A stretch of 64,000 nucleotides of DNA from Patescibacteria group bacterium. GTDB lineage: Bacteria; Patescibacteriota; Microgenomatia; JAMCYU01. Each line of letters opens with the position of its first letter. Within the stretch, counting starts at the first letter, position 1. Location of the stretch: positions 1,682-65,681 of the forward strand of contig JAMCYU010000004.1 in assembly GCA_023473585.1 (NCBI GenBank). The letters run 5' to 3'. Shown one piece after another: positions 59,785-64,000 of the stretch. A program made the translations under genes and the position numbers. The notes under the pieces were generated by a model. The model saw nothing but the letters and a program-made list of their open reading frames with translations, was not told where the DNA came from and made no database searches.

Positions 59785-60094
59785 TGTTCAAAGAAGTGAA
59801 AGTTAGGGCTACCGCGAGAATTTAGAACCTCTATTCAAAAAGGAGTTTCATCACTGACGATGCTTGTTTGCCCTTAGGGCCAGCATTTGACGTTTTATCT
59901 CCAACCTTTTTTTCGTTTTATGTGAGTGGGATTTATGTCGAGCTCCCACTTTGGTATCTTTTCTTGCCATAAACCTCATTATACAACAAAATTTAGATAA
60001 AAGTACATAGTTTGTTGGTAGATTACCAGGGATTTTGGTATAATAAATAACAGTTATACTTTAGAGGAAAGGAGGTTATAGGGCGGTTTGTAGG

Positions 60095-60260
60095 AATACA
60101 AGCGTGGGGCCCCGAGCGGAGCCAAGTCTGACTTGGCGGTGTCGAGGGGAGACGAGGAGGAGGCCATAGGCCAAAGACCTGTGGGATCGGACTTAATTTA
60201 GGCAAAACCTAAATTAAAGTATCTGCGGAAACCTCCAGGTTGGATTAGCAACCTTAAGAA
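60095..60260 (+). ncRNA. candidate glmS ribozyme (GlcN6P-sensing) in the glmS leader
   Basis: GC-rich structured leader containing AGCG...GACGAGGAGGAGG...CTGCGGAAACCTCCAGGTTGG. These resemble the glmS ribozyme core segments (GACGAGGA and GGCGGAUGCCUCCCGG). It lies 120 nt upstream of glmS. Confidence 0.45.
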
Positions 60261-60382
60261 TTTTTTAAAAAACCTTATCGCAAGATAAGAAACAAAGAGA
60301 AATTTAACTAATAACCGCTAAATAAACTTCAATCTTTTATTTTTATTAATTCAATAATTTTCTTCTCTTAAAGGAGGTTTTT

Positions 60383-62152
60383 ATGTGTGGAATATTTGGT
60401 TATGTTGGTAATAAAAATAATGCAGCGGAGTTAACTCTTGAAGCGCTTAAAAAGCTTGAATATCGTGGTTATGATTCTTGGGGAATAGGCGTAGAAGCCG
60501 GCAGAAAATTTATTATTGATAAACACGCAGGTAAAATCGGTATTGCCAAGACAAATTTACCCAGCAGTAATTTTGCTTTTGGACATACACGTTGGGCAAC
60601 TCATGGTGGTGTTACTGATACAAACGCTCATCCCCATTTGGATTGTACCGGCAAAATTGCCGTGGTTCACAATGGCATCGTCGAAAATTACCAGGAGATT
60701 AAAAATCTACTCGCTGGAAGACATAAAATTGTTTCAGAAACAGATACAGAATTAGTAGCCCATCTGATAGAGGATTTTTATTATCATAAAAAACTTCCTC
60801 TACACGAAGCTGTCAGGCAAGCCTTTTTAAGGCTGCGTGGTTTATCTGCATTTTTAGTCGCCGAAACAAGTAGCAAAACTCTTGTTGCTGTAAAAACAGG
60901 GTCTCCTTTAGTTGTAGGAATCGGTAAAGAAGAAAATATGGTGGGTTCAGATGTTAACTGTTTATTATCTTTAACGAAAAACGTTATTTTTATTGAGGAT
61001 GGTCAGCTGGCGCAGATTACGGATAGCCATATTAACCTTTTTTCCGTCGAGACTGGCAAAGAAATTAAGCCTAAAGTACAAAAAGTCTCCTGGGAAGAGA
61101 CTACTACTACAAAAGAAAACTTTCCTTACTTTATGCTTAAAGAAATTTATGAACAACCAAGAATTCTGACGAATATAATGAATACCTTTGACGATAAGAT
61201 AAATTTTTTTTCGGCAAAGATAAAGAGTTCATCGCAGGTAACTTTTGTTGGTTGTGGTACGGCAAACTATGCTGGACTTAGTGGTACATATTTACTTTCT
61301 CTTTTAGCAAACAAGAAGGCAAATTCTTTTCCAGGGAGTGAATTTCCATATTACCAAAATTTCCTAGATAAGAACAGTTTTCCAATATTTCTATCGCAAA
61401 GTGGAGAGACCATAGATATAGTCCAACCTGCAGTAGAACTAAAAAGAAAAGGTCTGGAAATTGGGGCGATAGTAAACAACCTAGGCTCTACCCTCTATAG
61501 ACTTGCAGATCATAAGATACTTCTTGAAGCTGGTCCGGAAATCTGTGTGTTGTCAACAAAAGTCTTTACTGCCAAACTGGCCATATTACTTCTTGTTGGA
61601 CACGATTTGGGTAAAAACCTAGCTAAAGGAAAAGAAAAGCTACAAAAAGCAATTAGAGTAACGAATAAAATTCTTTCGAAGCAGTACTATAAGAAATATC
61701 TATATAAACTAGTTCAAAGACTGGCAAAAGTGCAACACATATATATTATCGGAAGAGGATTGTCTTATCCTGTTGCCTTAGAAGCTGCACTTAAGATTAA
61801 AGAAGTTTCCTATATCCACACAGAAGGCTTTGCAGGTGGCGAGCTAAAACATGGGGTGATAGCCTTAATCGAGAAAAATACTCCAGTTATAGTTTATGCC
61901 CCCAATGACGAAACATTACTCGAGATGTTGTCAAATGCCATGGAGATTAAAGCAAGGGGCGGATACATTATCGGAATATCTCATACTAACAACAAAATCT
62001 TTGACTGGTATCTGCCTGTGGATGATGCCCAAGAAGCCACAATAATACCCAATGTCGTTCTTGCTCAATTAATTGGTTATCACATCGCTGTTTTGCTTGG
62101 AAAAGATCCAGATAAACCCAGAAATCTTGCTAAGTCTGTCACAGTGAAGTAA
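60383..62152 (+). CDS. glmS: glutamine--fructose-6-phosphate aminotransferase
   Basis: MCGIFGYVG (Ntn Cys1) and two SIS domains, ending ...KSVTVK. Confidence 0.9.
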   Translation: MCGIFGYVGNKNNAAELTLEALKKLEYRGYDSWGIGVEAGRKFIIDKHAGKIGIAKTNLPSSNFAFGHTRWATHGGVTDTNAHPHLDCTGKIAVVHNGIVENYQEIKNLLAGRHKIVSETDTELVAHLIEDFYYHKKLPLHEAVRQAFLRLRGLSAFLVAETSSKTLVAVKTGSPLVVGIGKEENMVGSDVNCLLSLTKNVIFIEDGQLAQITDSHINLFSVETGKEIKPKVQKVSWEETTTTKENFPYFMLKEIYEQPRILTNIMNTFDDKINFFSAKIKSSSQVTFVGCGTANYAGLSGTYLLSLLANKKANSFPGSEFPYYQNFLDKNSFPIFLSQSGETIDIVQPAVELKRKGLEIGAIVNNLGSTLYRLADHKILLEAGPEICVLSTKVFTAKLAILLLVGHDLGKNLAKGKEKLQKAIRVTNKILSKQYYKKYLYKLVQRLAKVQHIYIIGRGLSYPVALEAALKIKEVSYIHTEGFAGGELKHGVIALIEKNTPVIVYAPNDETLLEMLSNAMEIKARGGYIIGISHTNNKIFDWYLPVDDAQEATIIPNVVLAQLIGYHIAVLLGKDPDKPRNLAKSVTVK

Positions 62153-62164
62153 TATATAAGCTTA

Positions 62165-62888
62165 ATGGGTATTCCCAAAGCGAAGATTATTGTGACAGAA
62201 GGAGTAAATAAAACTGATTATTATTCTGATACTCTTTTAGAGTACCTTACTGTCTTTTTAGGTAAAACTCCCAAAATACATTCTTTACTTGAAATCGGAA
62301 CCGGAAGAGGATATTTATCAATTATTCTGGCTAAAATATATCGTCGTATAAATAAAATTATAGCTACCGATATAGATGATAAAGCCGTAAATTTAGCACG
62401 TAAAAATATAGCTATCAATAATTTACAAAAAAAAGATTTTGGTCAAAAAAGGTAGTTTGTTTAATCCCGTAAAGAATCAAAAATTTGATCTTATCGTCTC
62501 GGTTCCTCCGCAAATGCCACTTACAAGACAAGACGTGCAAAACCTTTTTCCCAAAGTTCAACAATACCATCTAACCACCAGTGTTGGTGGCAAAAACGGG
62601 AGGAGCATAGTAGATAAAATCATAAGCAATGCGCCAAAATATTTGCTTCCAGGCGGAATGGTTTGTTTTGCGCACTCTGATATTATTGGCGTCAAACAAA
62701 GTTTAAGAAAACTTAGAGTTCAACAACTTCGTGCTATGATACTGGGAAGCAAAGATAAATTGTTGAGGGAAACAACACTTACTCGCTTATCAAAACAAAT
62801 TATTGAAAGAACAGGATATAGATTTCGTAGAAACGATCAAAATCAGGAATTTTTTTCTATTTATGTAATAGTTGGTATTTATGATTAA
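62165..62888 (+). CDS. SAM-dependent methyltransferase (HemK/PrmC-like), split by a frameshift in an A-run (ORFs 62165..62455 and 62439..62888)
   Basis: Motif I LEIGTGRGYLS in ORF1 and motif IV DLIVSVPPQMP in ORF2. The join lies at aaaaaa 62446-62452. Confidence 0.5.
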
Positions 62889-64000
62889 TTTTCGTCACCT
62901 TACTAAAAATATTATTCCATCAAATAAAAACATCGTTGTCAAAAAAGCGCTGGGTGCCATTTTTTGGGATAGCCAAGGTAAGGATTATATCGATTTTAGT
63001 GCACAGACTCTTAATTTGAGTTTAGGCCAATGTCACCCGGAGATCACAAGGGCAGTTATTACCCAACTTAAGAAATATAATTTTCTTTCTTCACGCTTTG
63101 TTTGCGAACCTTTGATGCAATTGTCAGAGGTAATTATAAACCTAGCCCCCAAAGAATTATCCAAAATTAACATTAAATTAACAGATGGAAGTGATGCAAA
63201 CGAAAGCGCTTTTAAACGAGTAAGGAAGTACCATAAAAAGTTAACGATTGCCTCGTTATACAAAAGTCATTTAGGCGAAACGTCTGAAACTATAGTTGCA
63301 AGTGGAAAAAATTTTGAAAATAGATTTTATATCGGGGGTAGTCAAAAATTTACGTTTTTCCCTCCTCCTCATCCAGACTTTATACCTTCATGTAAAACAA
63401 CCAAAGAGGCAGAAAAAATCTCACTTCTACATCTTAAGAGTTTATTACAAAGGAATAACGATATATGTGCAGTTATTGTCGAACCGATTATGGTAAATGC
63501 TGGAGTATATATATTATCTCCAGATTATCTGCGCGGGCTTCGCGCTCTCTGCGATGAATATCACGTGAGTCTAATTTTTGATGAAATACAGACGGCTTTT
63601 GGATGGATAGGCACCTTTTTTGCTGCTTCAAAATACAAGATTACACCAGATATCGTGACTTTAGGTAAAGCAATTTCTCCTGGATTTCCCCTTGCTGCAG
63701 TTCTCATGCAACCCCAATATGATCTTTTAGAATATGGAGAAGACGAATTTACTAACGGTGGGAATCCTCTTTCGTGCATTGTGGCCTTGAAGAATATAGA
63801 GATTCTTAAACGAATGGGAATTGAAAAAATGGTGTTAGAAAAGAGCAATTTAATATTTAAACTCCTCTCCAATGTTCAAAGGGACTATCCATTTATCAAA
63901 GAAATTAGAGGAGAAGGATTAATTTGGGGAGTAGATTTTGATAAAAAAACTTCTCCATTCAGTACACAACAAATATATAATCGTGCCCTATCAAACGGCC
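62881..64000 (+). CDS. class III pyridoxal-phosphate aminotransferase (3' partial, runs off the window)
   Basis: Hand translation from the ATG at 62881 gives an open frame to the window end, with DEIQTAFGWIGTFFA and LGKAISPGFP (PLP Lys). It is not in the supplied ORF track because no stop lies in the window. Confidence 0.7.
   Translation, partial: MINFRHLTKNIIPSNKNIVVKKALGAIFWDSQGKDYIDFSAQTLNLSLGQCHPEITRAVITQLKKYNFLSSRFVCEPLMQLSEVIINLAPKELSKINIKLTDGSDANESAFKRVRKYHKKLTIASLYKSHLGETSETIVASGKNFENRFYIGGSQKFTFFPPPHPDFIPSCKTTKEAEKISLLHLKSLLQRNNDICAVIVEPIMVNAGVYILSPDYLRGLRALCDEYHVSLIFDEIQTAFGWIGTFFAASKYKITPDIVTLGKAISPGFPLAAVLMQPQYDLLEYGEDEFTNGGNPLSCIVALKNIEILKRMGIEKMVLEKSNLIFKLLSNVQRDYPFIKEIRGEGLIWGVDFDKKTSPFSTQQIYNRALSNG

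Noticed and set aside
60023-60205. 60-aa minus-strand ORF in the glmS leader
   Set aside because: It lies inside the GC-rich structured leader that I interpret as a glmS ribozyme. The GC-rich sequence inflates ORF length by chance.

Overview
This 64-kb window is AT-rich and densely coding, and I read it as a small-genome bacterium, possibly of the Candidate Phyla Radiation (Patescibacteria). That lineage assignment is inference from gene content only: a eukaryote-like type-2 IleRS, many glycosyltransferases, GGAGG ribosome-binding sites and compact operons. A housekeeping backbone is clearly recognisable. It includes engB, ileS, a SEDS-family FtsW/RodA, rplU-[THUMP-type methyltransferase]-rpmA, parB, lepB, PolX, LemA, htpX, murT/gatD, gatCAB, a GGDEF cyclase, dnaE, a complete atpBEFHAGDC operon, an ArgG-like protein fused to an MGS domain, an amidohydrolase, upp-like, pyrG, rplS, yraN and glmS with a probable upstream glmS ribozyme. 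Six tRNA genes are present: Val-CAC, Thr-CGT, Gly-CCC, Asp-GTC, Lys-TTT and Glu-TTC. Four regions look accessory or unusual. First, a 7-kb island between tRNA-Val and tRNA-Thr carries two orphan genes bracketed by three copies of a 26-bp perfect palindrome, followed by a cell-surface glycan cluster (GT4, GT2, GT2, O-antigen-ligase-like, Ig-like protein). Second, a 7.4-kb region at 19.2-26.6 kb carries 190-bp GC-rich, hairpin-rich repeats in inverted orientation around a cargo of oxidoreductase, two-component system and small secreted proteins. It adjoins a frameshifted large serine recombinase flanked by about 90-bp inverted repeats, and a hybrid junction shares the core GCTCCAATTGGG with the 3' end of tRNA-Gly; I read this as an integrative or invertible mobile module. 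Third, a tight minus-strand operon encodes an MBL-fold hydrolase, a pol-beta-type nucleotidyltransferase and a protein-kinase-like protein, with a divergent P-loop kinase and a GT9 glycosyltransferase nearby; its function is unassigned. Fourth, a cluster of an amidohydrolase, a non-canonical radical-SAM-like protein (CX8CX2C plus GGEPL), an N-terminally extended UPRT-like protein and pyrG lies downstream of the ArgG-MGS fusion. Degenerate tRNA-like fragments follow tRNA-Lys and tRNA-Glu. A small GIY-YIG nuclease gene overlaps the 5' end of tRNA-Glu. No CRISPR array was seen. Three genes (the serine recombinase, the P-loop kinase and a methyltransferase) are interrupted by apparent frameshifts at homopolymer runs.
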